A DNA stretch of 64,000 bases, taken from positions 198,710,001 to 198,774,000 of the forward strand of contig OZ024741.1 in assembly GCA_964016885.1 (NCBI GenBank). The letters run 5' to 3'. Positions 1-13,300 of the stretch are shown piece by piece. The first letter of the stretch is position 1. The number at the start of each line of letters is the position of its first letter. The stretch comes from Eledone cirrhosa (Eukaryota). Both the position numbers and the translations under genes were made by a program. The notes under the pieces were generated by a model. That model saw only the letters and a list, made by a program, of their open reading frames with translations, made no database searches and had not been told where the DNA came from.

Positions 1-3000
1 TGTATGTAGGTGAAGGTGGGGCAGAAGGAGCGCGTGTATGCACAAGAGAGAAAGATTGGGGTATTTGTGGCTCGGGTGTATGAGCGTCATAGTATGCCCT
101 TTTTAGTCTATCCACCGAAATTGTCTCTCTGGACCCCTTAATATCTACAGTGAAATGTTTGTCAGTACGTACTAACACACGGTAGGGTCCAGAGTACGGT
201 TGTGTGAGGGGTGGAGTAACCGCATCGTTTCTGACGAATACCTGTGTCCATGAGGCAATATCCCTCGGGACTGCAGCTTTAACAGTTTGTTTTCTAGTAT
301 TCATGGGCGGTAAGTCCTGAAAATAGGAGCGCAAATGAGATACGTAGGAAAGAGGGTCCTGGAAAGCAAGATCAACAGGGGAAAGCATTTGCCCAGGCAA
401 CGCTAGAGGAGCACCATACAATAATTCGGCCGGGGAGAACCCAAAGTCCTCCTTTATTGATGACCGAATTCCTAACAACACAATAGGAAGGTACTCGCTC
501 CAACGTTGAGAGTCTGGATAGGCGCGAAGAGCGGCCTTTAATTGGCGGTGGAATCGTTCCACCATTCCGTTTGAAGCAGGATGATAGGCTGTGGTCCGAA
601 TCCGTTGAGCACCAATGATCTTTGTGATCTCAGAGAAAAGATGAGACTCAAATTGTCTACCACGGTCTGTGGTGACTGTAGTTGGTACTCCAAAGCCGGT
701 AATCCACCCTGATACCAGGGCACGCGCTACAGTCTCAGCAGTTATATCTTGTAAGGGGATGGCTTCAGGCCATCGCGAAAAACGATCGATACAGGTCAAG
801 AGGTACGAATATCCACTGCTGAATGGCCAAGGTCCAACGATATCAATGTGTATGTGCTGAAACCGAGCATCAGGAGTACTGAAAGTACCAAGCGGAGTCC
901 GGATGTGTCTGTGAATTTTAGATCTCTGACACTGTGTGCAGGAACAGTAATTTCTCGCCTCATATTGGGCCAGAAAAATCTAGCCGTTATAAGCTTTACT
1001 GTGGCAGAAATTCCTGGGTGAGATATGTTGTGCAATCAAGGAACACAATTCGACGGTGAGTCTCAGGAACAAGTGGTCGTGGTGAATCCGTAGATACATC
1101 ACATAGAATCTGCCTGTTGGTGGTCGACAAGGGCAGATATTTGAAGATGCAAGTCGCAAATTCGGCAGAAAGAGTATTCAACGATTGGAGTGCAGGTTGG
1201 TCTGCAGCTAAACGACCTAAGTCGATCTCCTGGGATGACGAGATGGAGCTGATTGGCAAACGTGACAATGCGTCTGCAGCTATGTTATGCGAGCCAGCAA
1301 TGTGCTGGATATCATTTGTAAATTGCGAAACGTAATCCAGGTGCCTTGTCTCTCTGGGCGAATATCTGTAGGCTTTAGCCCTCAAAGCGAAGGTCAGAGG
1401 TTTGTGGTCGGTTAAAACAGTAAAATTTCTCCCCTCAAGAATGTGAGAGAAATGTTTCACTGACAGATATATGGCTAATAATTCCCGCCCAAACGTGCTG
1501 TAACGCGTTTCTGCTGGTTTCAGCTTCTTCGAGAAAAATGCCTAAGGTTGTTGGTTTCCAGCGTTGAACTGCTGTAAAACTGCTCCCACAGCGGTATCAG
1601 ATGCATCAACACAAAGCGAAAGCTTGGCCTCTGGTACCGGGTGGGCTAGCAAAGATGAACTAGCGAGTGCTGTCTTGGCAGTCTGGAAGTCTTGAAGCTG
1701 TTCTTGTGTCAAGGAAATATCCTTATTCTTCTTTCGACGATTTTTCAAAATGTCAGTAAGGGAAGATAGCAAATTAGCACAATGAGGAACGAAACGCCTA
1801 TAGAAATTAATTAGGCCTAAAAAGTGACGCAACTGGTGAAGTGTAGTAGGCGGAGGTAAATCCTGTATGGCTTGAACTCGCTGAGGGAGCGGCCTAATAC
1901 CTTCGGCGTCGATTAGGTGGCCTAAAAAATTTAGCGAAGTGGAACCGAAAACACACTTTGTGGGATTCACACGAACGCGGTAATCCTGAAGTCGCCGAAA
2001 TAAGAGATGCATGTGGCGCATATGCTCTTCCGGAGAGGAACTAGCGACGAGAATATCGTCTATGTAAGCATAAACGAAGTCCAGACCACGAGTGACTTCG
2101 TCTATGAACCGCTGAAAAGTGCTAGCGGCGTGCATGAGTCCGAAAGGCATGGTAAAAAATTCGAAGGATCCGAAAGGTGTTATAATCGCCGTTTTCGGAA
2201 TATCCTCCTTCCTGACCGGAATTTGGTGGTAGGCTCGCACTAAATCTAGTTTTGACAAAATCTTACGCCCCTGCAATGAAGATGCGAAATCCTGGAGATG
2301 GGGAATGGGATACCTATCCGGGACGGTCATAGCATTTAACCATCTATAATCCCCAGTGGGTCTCCAGTCGCCGGAAGTCTTGGGCACCATGTGTAACGGT
2401 GAAGCCCAAGGACTTGTAGATGGGCGAATAATGCCCAGCTGCAGCATATGGTCGAACTCAGACCGTGCTGCCTTTAATTTGTCCGCCGGTAAGCGGCGTG
2501 GACGCGAAAACACTGGAGCACCGGTGGTGGAAATGACATGTTCAGTTGAGTGTATTGGCTCAGTGACTCGAAAATTTCCATCGGTGAGCTCCGGGAAAGA
2601 ACCTAACAACGAATGGTAGGCGTCTCCAGCGGCAGCGATGAAGAATATGGGGCTGACTGTTGGAGCATCGGCTTTCTGGCCACGAATTGAAAAACCGGTG
2701 ATGTCATCCACCAGGCGTTGGCCACGGACGTCCACAGTCAAAGAGAAGTTGTGGAGGAAATCCCCTCCTAAGATAGGGTATGGCAAATCGGCAACCGTAA
2801 AAATCCACTTAAAATTCCTACGAAGATTTAGGAATTTGAGAGGAAGCGAGATTTGCCCGTACGTCTTTATAGACGAGTGATTAACTGCCTGCAGAGTAAC
2901 GGATGACTCTACGGGGGTATCTTTCAGGCAATGGACCGGCCAAATACTACAGCAGGCTCCTGTATCCACGAGGAAACCTCTTCCCGACCTAAGGTCCTTA

Positions 3001-4182
3001 ATGAAGAAATGGCGGTTTGGTGGCTTTATGTTGAGGTCAACTTCCCCCGTCAGCGGATCTCTTTGGCGTTTCCTGCCTTATGAAACGAGCAAGGTTGCAC
3101 GCAGTTGTTCGCGCTCTCGGCAAATAGCTCATGGTACCAGCATAAAGATGAACCTGGTGACTTGGAGTGGCGTCTAAAAGATTGCGATTTCCCGCGGCTG
3201 CGGGGGCGCGAACGGGCACCACACGAGGTCTTCATCTTCGAGCTCCAGGGTGGGTTCCTGAATGGCCTTCTGCATCGCCATAATAGCTGAGCTGTCTATA
3301 GGAGCTGCCGCGCAGATGGCATGGCCAGGTGTGGCCTGAGCTGGTTGGGAAACAGCGGCAAGGGCGTCGCTGCCTCCAGCACCCGTGACTTCGAAAACTT
3401 TGTCCGCAGAGGCGGCAAGCTGATCCACCGTGCAAGTATCCCTAATGGGAGCCAAAATTGCCTGTACGTTGGTCGGTAGGCGCGAGAAGAACAACTGCTT
3501 CAGCATGGCAGTTTCCGCTACCGACGCCTCCGTTAGGTCCTTCATTCGACTTAGGAGGTTCGATGGGGTGCCATCACCTATATGCTCCAGATGGACCAGA
3601 GCCCTAAATCTTTTTTCTGCAGACTGTGCAGTCCGGCTGAGTATTTCAGCCTTCAGAGATTTGTACGTCGAGTCGGCGGGATAAGTCGCTGGGATAAGTG
3701 CCGGCGGAATTGCACTAAAGACCAGAGGACGTTGTTCAGGCCTCGTCAATTCTGTTCGCATCGAAAAATGCTTCGAGTTGAGCGCCTCTCTCGCATCCTG
3801 AACTTCGAAGGGACAAGAACACCTGAGACCTTGTCAAGAGATGACTCCTGTCTCACTTCCTTCGCCCTCAAGAAGAAGAATACCGGCAGCCGAAAGAAAT
3901 ACTGGAACACCTCCAAGAGAAGATTTCTGTTCTTCTCTACACACTCCAGTCTGGGAGTTGTGACCAACTACACGTGGAAGGACGTGATGAATATTTTCAG
4001 TTCAAAATATTCCTTTTGAAATAAAATTAAAATTGGCAGTGTGTATAAAAAAAAAATTTTCACCACGAGGAAATTAGTATCAAAATGGCTATCACCCCTA
4101 CCAACCGCTTAACTGCTGACCATAGACAACGGAATAACTATGTGGCAGCTTCATAGCCTTTACCGACGCAAACCACCACACA
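1..4182 (-). mobile_element. Ty3/Gypsy LTR retrotransposon, CsRn1/Kabuki lineage, decayed (frameshifts and stops), 3' end outside the window
   Basis: Gag with CHCC knuckle LCWYHELFAESANNCVQPCSF (3050-3235); protease DTGA; RT YIDD and RNase H DAS (1542-2969); RNase H TDHKPL/NIAADALS (996-1460); integrase fragments (about 200-1035); PBS-like TGGTCACAAC near 3966; probable 5' LTR about 3968-4182 starting TGTG. Confidence 0.92.
1542..2969 (-). pseudogene. Gypsy pol fragment (aspartyl protease - reverse transcriptase - start of RNase H)
   Basis: [52 protein letters not shown] motifs; ends at an in-frame stop. Confidence 0.92.
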
Positions 4183-5448
4183 TTATATTGTTTACTTCTA
4201 CGCTTACCTCTTCTATCGTCTCTACCGTTAAGAAAAAAAAATGGAAGTAGGTTTTTTTATTTTAAGAAGAACAACACCTGGTTTAATTTTCATGAACCCG
4301 CCTGCGACAACATCTTTGAAAGAAAAAAATTAGCTGTATTTTCAAAATTATGGCACGGAAACATTTTCCTTTCGATACGGCTTCCTGCAATACAAACAAG
4401 CAAACACCGAACTCACGTGGTGACTTATGGCTCTTCAACGCTCGACTTCGCTTCGATAGCAACAACAACAAACAAAAAATTCTACTAGCTTTCCAAAGAA
4501 AAGAAAAGAAACAATTCTTTCTTTCTTCCTTTTTTTTTTCAGGCAATGTTTGGACATTTATTTTTTTAAAACTGTATTATATGAAAATTCATTTTTTTAA
4601 TCATTGTATATATAACTGTATCATTTTCTTTATCATTGTATATATAACTGCACCCACACATTATTTGCTGTATTACATGCCCGCATATGCACACACATTT
4701 CTTTGACACACACCAACATGTTGTTCTTCAAACGTAATATTCTGCGAGATCCCTTTTCACCTGGTTGAGGTGCCGACACATGCTAGCGACTCATAGAGCT
4801 TGGATTCAAACAGGCACCGCAACACGAGATCTGCTAATTGCAGCTGGATTCAAACAGCTTCGCATCTCGTTGCACACTCATCGTCCATAACAACCTCCAT
4901 CTTCTTACCTTACCCGACTCACTGGGAAAACAAATGGAACTGGACCTGTCAGCATTTCCACCACTTCTGTGGATTCGCCGGAATTATGGAATTTACACTG
5001 CAACTACTACCCACCTACAGATTCAACTTGCTTTTTTCTTTTCAAAGCAACCAGCCATATTTTCCTGGCTGCCTAACACTTTCGGCAATAGATCTGGGAG
5101 GCCGACATTTTCTCGCCTACCCATCATCTTCTTGCCAGCACTGGTAAACTACCATAATAGCTTCATCCACAGCTACTGGTACAACACTTACCATTAACAT
5201 TTAATGCAAGAACAGCAACTTCGCCCATGTCAGACTTTATCCGTTTTCTGTTAGACCCTTGGTGGTCACGTATAAACTACAAAACAGCTAGTCATTTGAC
5301 ACAGCGGCTCAACATGGCCCTTAGCGCCTTATTTTTTTTCTTGCATACATTCCTCTGTTCAATTATTTTTTTTCACTGATGTACTCTTTCAGCATTTTTT
5401 CCTGCTGATTCAATAATCTGTATCGTCTTACGACTAGAGGGGGAGTAT

Positions 5449-5760
5449 TGTAGTGACCTACATTCCGCGGGCTCACATACATTCTCTGTGCGTGATTTGG
5501 CTCAGCTCAGCCAATCAGCGCCAGTAGAATTGAATGTATCCCTACGCGCCCTGAGGGAGAAATTTCCCGCGGGGATTTGAAGAATCGCTCTCTCGCATCC
5601 TGAACTTCCAAGGAACAACACGTACAACATGTAACGGTGAGATTTTGCACTTTGGCCTGCCGGCCTGCCTCGAGTCTGGCACAATGGCACATTCCCTTCT
5701 GTAACCTTTTTTTATGTTTAACTTCAATCATACAAATTAACAAACATTATTTGTGCTACA
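5449..5760 (+). mobile_element. LTR (TGTAG...CTACA) preceded by a polypurine tract; 3' end of another LTR element
   Basis: PPT AGAGGGGGAG at 5436-5445, terminal inverted TGTAG/CTACA, CCAAT box AGCCAATCAG inside. Confidence 0.7.
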
Positions 5761-6574
5761 ACAAAAATAAACATACATTTCATCTCTAATTTCTGCTGTT
5801 GACATCATTATTATGTTACTCGTGTCCCAATTACATTAATATACTATGCTGCTAAAACCTTAATCTAAATATGTCAATGAAGCTGAGAAGCATTACTCAG
5901 TGCTTGTCATCTATGCTGGATAAGCATATATACCACATGTGTGATGGATACTTGCTGAAATATATACTTTATGTAGAGATTATTTTTGGAGATGACAACC
6001 TGTAAAACGGAACAAAAATCAATAAAGCAATATATCGAAGTATGACTAAGTTTATGAATACACAATACTAAGTTTAGTGATAAATAGGAAGTAGCAGACC
6101 ATCATAATAAAAGAAGAAATAGATTATTTTTCATTCTCTGAGGAAAAACGTATATTATAACAAGTGGCCTTTCCTCTCAATAATTATTAGAGAAGACTGA
6201 CTCGTATGATCTGCAAATTTTAACCTTTAGTTCAAGCATGGGTAACCTTTTTTGAGCAGTGGACCACATGAATTATGACTCATCATAAGGTGGGCTTCTC
6301 TACTAAAAACATTCAAGGTAATTTTTCATTAGCCATGTCCTTCAGAAAGCCAAATGGACTGCAGTTTGCATATAACTATTTTAGATCATAGAGTGACAAA
6401 TTGAATTTACTCTATGAACTAAAATAGTCATTCAATGCGGGAGTCGGACTCTACCAAGGGTGCATAGTGTCATCTTTCCTGTTTATTATTTACATGACCA
6501 GGATTAACATGTGCAACTGGGTTGGAAGTGGTATCAAGACTAACTGATGTAAAATCAATTGGCTGTAATTTTCT

Positions 6575-7765
6575 GTCATGGTGTTACTTAACTTGACAGA
6601 AGGTGATCTTCGACTTGCACTCGATAGGTTTGATGCCAAGTACTGCATGGCTGGAATGAAAATCAGTGCAGTGAAAACTGAGACACTTGTCCTCTCAAAG
6701 AAACCTATGCAGTGCACTCTACATGTAAATAGTGTTCCACTGAAGCAGGTAGAGAAGTTCAAGTATTTCTGGGCCATGTTCACGAGTGATGGAAGGCAGG
6801 AGCTGATGCAGTAATGTGCCAGCTTCAGCATTCAGTAACCAGAAGGGAGGAAGGCATTAAAGCCAAACTCACTATCTTTAATTTGGTATTCATGCCAATC
6901 CTTATTTAACGGGCATGAAAGTTCGTTGATTTTATTTAGTGTTTACGTTATTTGATCATCAATTTAGGAATAAAGTAATTAAATGATACATGCTGAAATA
7001 TCTCACACAAGTGTCTATAATTGTCATCTTTATTGTTATGAGTGCGTGTTACAACTTGGAAATAAGACATACCTTTTGAAATAATATAATATGTATAATT
7101 GGCGACGAGGTGAGAGAAAAAGTTAGTCTCCACATGGTGTTATTGGTTTTCTGTTCCGACGTTGAAGTCGCCTGAGAGAGAGTTGCTCTTAATATGTTCA
7201 CTCCACATGGTGTGGGTGAAATGAAAAGTGGGAGAAGGCAAAATTACATCTTAACTCCTGGACGGCTAGATTTGTAAGTGCGCGGGTACTTTCAGTTTCT
7301 TAATTTATAGTCTCCATGGGACATAACTCTCATTAACTCTCCTTCTCGACCCAAGGGGTCACTACATTTACTTATGGTCATGAATCTTGGATAATGACCA
7401 AAAGAATACGATCGCGAATACAAGTGTCTAAATGGGGTTCCTCCAAAGGGTCTTTGGATTAATGTTACTCAATAGAGTGCTTAGCTCAGAGATCAGAAAG
7501 TCACTCCAGGTAGAGCCGCTACTTCTCTGATACTATGGGCATGTGGTTAGAATATCTCAGGAAGGAATCAGATTTTATGGGCAAAACCAACCGGTAGGGA
7601 CCCTGATCAAGATGGTTGGATAACATCCATGAGATTGGCTGGTCTCGCTTAGGGATCCAGCTGGATCAGTTGGAGATGGTTATTTCTGACAGGGCCCACT
7701 GGAAGGAGTGTTTGAGGACTCTTCTCCCACGAACCTCTCAGGAATAAGTGGGCAAAGAAGAAGAG
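6575..7765 (+). mobile_element. RTE-clade LINE 3' fragment interrupted by a solo LTR
   Basis: MVLLNLTEGDL...GMKISAVKTE...VEKFKY; the MPILTYGHES motif is split at 6904/7367; same family as 57005-60818. Confidence 0.8.
6905..7366 (-). mobile_element. Probable solo LTR
   Basis: Inserted in the LINE with a 4-bp TSD-like CTTA/TTTA; minus-strand start TGTAGTGACCCC; other end TTTAAC looks like a mutated TGTAAC. Confidence 0.55.
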
Positions 7766-7904
7766 TAACACAGTTAATTTGTTTGTTTATTATTGTCTGT
7801 AAAATGTGATTATGACATTTTTTCTCCATTTGTAGACTTTCTGATAACTCTATATCCTAATCTTTGATGTACAACTTTGGTTGCAGGTGGGACATGTGAA
7901 TGTT

Positions 7905-8095
7905 ATTATTATTGGTGTTTTGGCAGTATCGATAGAGTGTCAGACACCATAGGAGTTATGGCCCTTTATGTTCTGAATTCAAATCCCGCCAGGTTAACTT
8001 TGCCTTTCATTCTTACGGGGGTCGATAAAATAAAGCACCAGTAATGCGCTGGGGTAATTGCTGGCCTTGTGCCAAAAGTAGAAACATTATTATTA
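7905..8095 (+). mobile_element. tRNA-derived SINE with Nin/Deu-type central domain (other copies at about 15925-16060, 45445-45640, 45815-46000, 48180-48310, 49600-49750, 54365-54585, 56635-56825, 61475-61650, 63040-63205)
   Basis: Recurrent B-box TTCAAATCCC and motif CTTTGCCTTTCATCC..GGGGTCGATAAAATAAAGTACCAGT. Confidence 0.75.
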
Positions 8096-10055
8096 TTTTT
8101 TTTTTCTTGGTTGAATCATCCTCAGACAGTGAAACACTAAGTTAGCAAACCTCTTACAAATTGGTTTTGTCTGCCAGCTAGGTGTTGATAATAGTGTAAT
8201 TTGCCACAGAGGATCCTACAAGGAAGATGTAAATTAGTCACATGTATTATGTGTTTGATTCATTTCAGTTGAAAGTATGGATTCAATGGTGTCGGAATTG
8301 GTTTGACAGACTATTTGTGTATGTGTAATCCTCTCCCCAGCGAATTGGGAGATTTATTAGAACATCAGATAGAAAGATATCAGCTTTGCCTTTCATACTT
8401 TTGAGATTGGTAAAAAAAGTACCAGTCCAGTACTGGGATTGATTCTTCATCTATATCTGTTCTTCAGAAGATCTGGGCACAAGTGGTGAGAGCAGACCTC
8501 GAAACTGTGCTGGAAAAGACCCATCCAAGTTTGGAAAAGTAGATGTAAAAGGATGATGGTGATAACTGTTAATAAAGGATGTCTTTTTTAAAGGAAAGGA
8601 GTTCTGAAACTTTCAGCTATAAAGTGATAAAAGTCCATACAAATATTGGGTTTTTGATTTAGCAACAATTGAGCCTCTTCAGAGGCTCAATTTCAGTATT
8701 TTTGTCAGTATCATGTAATGGTTTGTTCAATACTGCTCCTCTCATTGCAGAGGTGAGAACATCTTTAATGTCTGCCCACCAGATTATGAGTTGGTGTTTG
8801 TATCTGGAATGTATCCATGAAGTCTGGAGTTTGTTTTCGTGCTGAAAGATGACATTGGTAATAGTAGGTCATCCTCTAAGGCGAGTGCTGGTGCCATGAA
8901 AATAAATCTCAGTACATGCTGTAAAGTGAGTGGGACTAGGATGGGTATCCAGCTGTAGAATACCAAACTAAAAATGGAACGTATGAGCAAGATGTAGTCA
9001 TCTGAACTGTTTAGCTTAATAGTCTGACAACCTATCGAATCCAAGCAAGCATGGAAAATAGACATTAAACAGTGATGATACTGCACACTCAGTAAGACAC
9101 CTGAAGCCATTGCTATTAGTTCCTCCCTATTCTTGCATTAAAACTATTAGGGGGGACTTTGTTTCATTTGGGGATTTTAGTGAACAAGTGGTCTTTATCT
9201 TGACTGCCAAGCAGTCTAAGGAGATAGATCCAGTGGCAAGATAGACCTCAGATAACTGACACCACCTCCCAGCTTCAAGTAATCCAGTTTGTTGAAAACT
9301 TTCTTAGCTTTGAAATGTGAGTCGCAAATGCAGAAAATAACTAACAGTCAATCACTATAGACAATAGGGCAAATTACCCTCAAAGATGGAAATAATGTGG
9401 ACAGAGACCCATGAAGAATCAAACCCATATCTCTTAAATACCGGGCACCTGACACTTCTACTCATCTTTTTCAGAATGCTATACTATACAACTCTAAGGA
9501 TAATTTACCCAATTTTCTCAACCATTATCTCTAGTGATCAACTGTTATTTTTTGTATTTGGGACCCTCACATTTCAAATTTCAAACACTCCCAGAAATTT
9601 GATAATTCTGAAAGTTTGTCTCAGCTTATTTTTTGCTTTCACGATGTTTAGCTTTACCATAAGACAGCAGTTGATAAATACCAAGGTAAACCTACACACT
9701 GTATCTCTGAAGTGACCTTGCTTCTTCAAGATGCCCAAACTCCCCAAACTGCAAGGTACACAGTTACCATATATGGCCTGGCAGAAGTCTTTGTGTGGGA
9801 GAGGCCATGTATTCGGACGCTTTCTGGTTCCCCAGGGTTGAAAGCATGTGGAAAGTGTATCCATACATCCAGTCAACTTGAATAACACAAGCATACAATG
9901 TACATCCATCATCATCATTAACATCACTATCACCATCATTACCATTTTACATCAGGTCATCACATTTATCTTTCTTTTATATTTCTTATCAGCCACCACA
10001 ATTAAAATATTTCAATAATATTTGATAATAAATGTTAAGAAGATTATGATTTATT

Positions 10056-10370
10056 TTACTTTATTTTTTTTTTAGAATTATGCAAGTTAGTCATTTTTGA
10101 TTTTATTGAACGAACAAGACTGTCCAAGGATTGTTCACCGGTTGATACTGATGTGGTATTCATCTTAGAATATTTTCCAGATGAGCCTGATGTGTCACTG
10201 GAACCCTTTCGTTTTGTGGTTTCTTGTGTTCTTTCATTATAGCGGCGCCGAAGTTTCTCTTCAATCAACTCCTCCATTCCAGCACTTTTCTTGTAGTCAG
10301 GAGCAGACTTATCAATGTTATAGTGACCAGATGTGAACACTGCTTTAAAACGCTCATCAGATAAATTAAT
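10056..10370 (-). CDS. ESF1: ESF1 last coding exon (NUC153-like motif)
   Basis: [32 protein letters not shown]...LVRSIKSK...KKIK*; AATAAA directly follows the stop. Confidence 0.93.
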   Translation of the reverse strand: MNLSDERFKAVFTSGHYNIDKSAPDYKKSAGMEELIEEKLRRRYNERTQETTKRKGSSDTSGSSGKYSKMNTTSVSTGEQSLDSLVRSIKSKMTNLHNSKKKIK

Positions 10371-13300
10371 CTACAAGAAAATAAAGGAGAAAACGAAGTT
10401 TAAGGCTGAGTATCATTTCATGTTTTAACCCTATCATTACCATATTTCTAATGAAATATACTGCATATGTGTTTTAATTAATTTTGAAAATAACCATGAA
10501 TTTAGAGGTATAAAAATAACTATGTCCTTTCATTTTTTTAAGCTGGTGAAGTATGATTTGAGGGAAATTTGGCTTCTGTTTCTAGCAAGTCGAGTGACAG
10601 CATATAGGCTCCCTCATTGGATCAAATTTCTTTAACCCTTTAGCATTCACATTACTCTATATATACTATTGTATTTTGGTAGTAAACACTTTATCTTACA
10701 TAATTATCTTCCATAATATCAAATCTATGAGATTTTGATGTTATTTCTCTTGAGAACAATACCTTAACATCAGTATGAGTGGCCAGTTACAGCCAATTTG
10801 AACAGAAAGAGGTGAGACATTTCTGGCCGGATACGGCCAGTTTGAATGCTAAAGGGTAAAGACTTATTTTCAGGCCACATACAGATATCTATCTATGAAC
10901 ATTACAAAACAAAAATGTCTTTGCATAATGAATAACAACATTTTAAATTTTTCTTACAACATTCTCACTCTAAGAAACTTGATTTAAAAGCCTATATGAA
11001 CAACACCCAGTATGCTTACACTAACCTTTTGATACCAAACTGCCTGAAACTGTTCCTCGTGCTACATTAAAAGGCTATTTATTTTAAAGTGTTATATCTA
11101 TATGGTATGGTCAGGTTTCTGCCTGCTATCGGTACCATGTAACCCAGTACAACATGTTTCATGGTTGGGTGGTTGGTGACTAAACTGGCTCCCCCACCAG
11201 ACCTTGGTCTGGAGAGGAGGGTAAGTAGAACACTAGCAACACAAAAAAACAAGAGCTGTTAAAAGGGTGGATGAATTCAGAAGAGTCAACGACCATCCAG
11301 TTGGTGTGTAAAAAAAAAAGATTGGGGAAACAGAACTCATTAGGTTTGGATGGCAGTCTGTTTAGAAAAAAAGGATAACTCTGATTTAAAAACCAGAGTA
11401 GATGGGACTCCCTGGTTACCTTGGTGACAACCTTTTAAGTGGCCAAGTTTTCATACTTTTGATGAAGGTGAGCTGTGGCTTGGCAGCCAGCTTCTAAATA
11501 ATGGCTGAACAAGGATTCGGGACCCACTAATGTCACATTTTCCCGATGAGAATTATGGGCATACAGCATCATATAGATTAGCATTGGTGCCATTGTCCAT
11601 CATCCCTGACCTTCAGCAATGAGGATGAGAAGAGATCAGACATACAATAGTTTTACTTTTGGAAACAACCTGTATGGCAGCAGTCATATAAATATACATA
11701 TACTAATATGTGTCAATATATATATATATTAACATTTTATAGAATAAGATGTTAGATGGAAACTAATTTGAACATAGTTTTTCCAGCTTGCTAGCAGATG
11801 AGATAAATAAACCCCCCCCCCCCCATCCTAACATGATATTGAATCTGCACAAACCCGTTTGTGCAGATTCAATATGATCCCAGCATGAGCTCGGATTCTA
11901 TGAAACAAACCATTCATTTTAAAGGGATCCTTATTAAATTAAAAACTTCCAGCATCATTTTATGTAAGATCCTTTTAAATTATGTTACATATACCATCTT
12001 AATGAAATAAATATTTTAATAAATCCTTCAAAATTCTTTATTAATAAATTGAAGCTGAGACACACTTTGTAAACTAAGAAACTGACACAAAGGCAAATAT
12101 TTAGACAAGAAATCTGTGGTCACTCAACTTGCTAGCAATAGAAGCCAAATATCCCTAAAATCATATTCAACTGTGAAAAGAAAAGATATGTTAAATACCT
12201 CTGAAAAAGAAAGGGATGGTCATGACTAGAAAGTCTCTGATAAAAGTTACTCAAAGTTGACCTTCAACTAAACAACTAGACATTTACCTTGAAATCATCT
12301 TCTATTTTTGTCTTCTGTTTCAATTTCTTCTTGTTCTTTTTCTTTTTGTCACTCTTTGTTCCTTCAATGTAGTCTTCAAAATCAAAGTGATGCTTACTCT
12401 TCTTTTTACCATCATCATCATCATCAGCCATGAGTAAAGCCAGTTCTTCCTGAATGAAGAAAAGGAAAACATTTTTATGATGTTTTAAGAAAAAAAGTCT
12501 TCAGATTTTATACTGAACATCAGATTCTAAATCTACTACAGAAAATTTTTTGAAATAAGAAAATCATTGTAGTTATAAGTATTTCTGATATATAGATGTA
12601 TAACATGGACTCTAACAAAATGTCTTGAAAAGAATATTGGCGGAACTTATACAAGAATGCTTTGAGCTGCTCTGGACATCACCTGGAGGCAAGATGCTAT
12701 GAAAGAACTTCTCTATGGGAATTTACCACCAATATCACATGTCATCAGAGAAAGAAGAACAAGAGTTGCTGGACAGCAAAGGATGAAATCACCAGCAATG
12801 TTATTCTTTGGGAACTGAAGCATGTGTACGCAAATGTTGGTAGACCACACCAAACAACTGTGCGAGGATTCTGAATGCACTCGAGGAGACCTACTATGAG
12901 CAATAGCAGACTGAACAGACTGGAGAGAATGAATCATAGTGATCCGTGCAATAAGCACACGCCTGGATGATGACTTACATTTCTTCTTTTCTTATACCTA
13001 CTTATGCCCAAGTGAGAAAGCGGAGTTTATCTTTACTAATCCAGTGTAGTGTATAAAATAAAGTTATTCTAAATGTATATTACTGATCCAGCGTGGTGTA
13101 TAAAATATAGTCAGTCAATATGTATGTGCTTCTTTGAATTAGATATATTTTAGCTATCTTTTCATTAAGATGTTCTGTATATTAGTGACAAATAACCTTC
13201 TGTCTGGTATTGGCTATTCCTTAACACTTGAGTTGATAGACGGGTTGTATGTGAGGTATTTCTAGCGTCATTTTGAACCCATCATATTGTCCGTGATATA

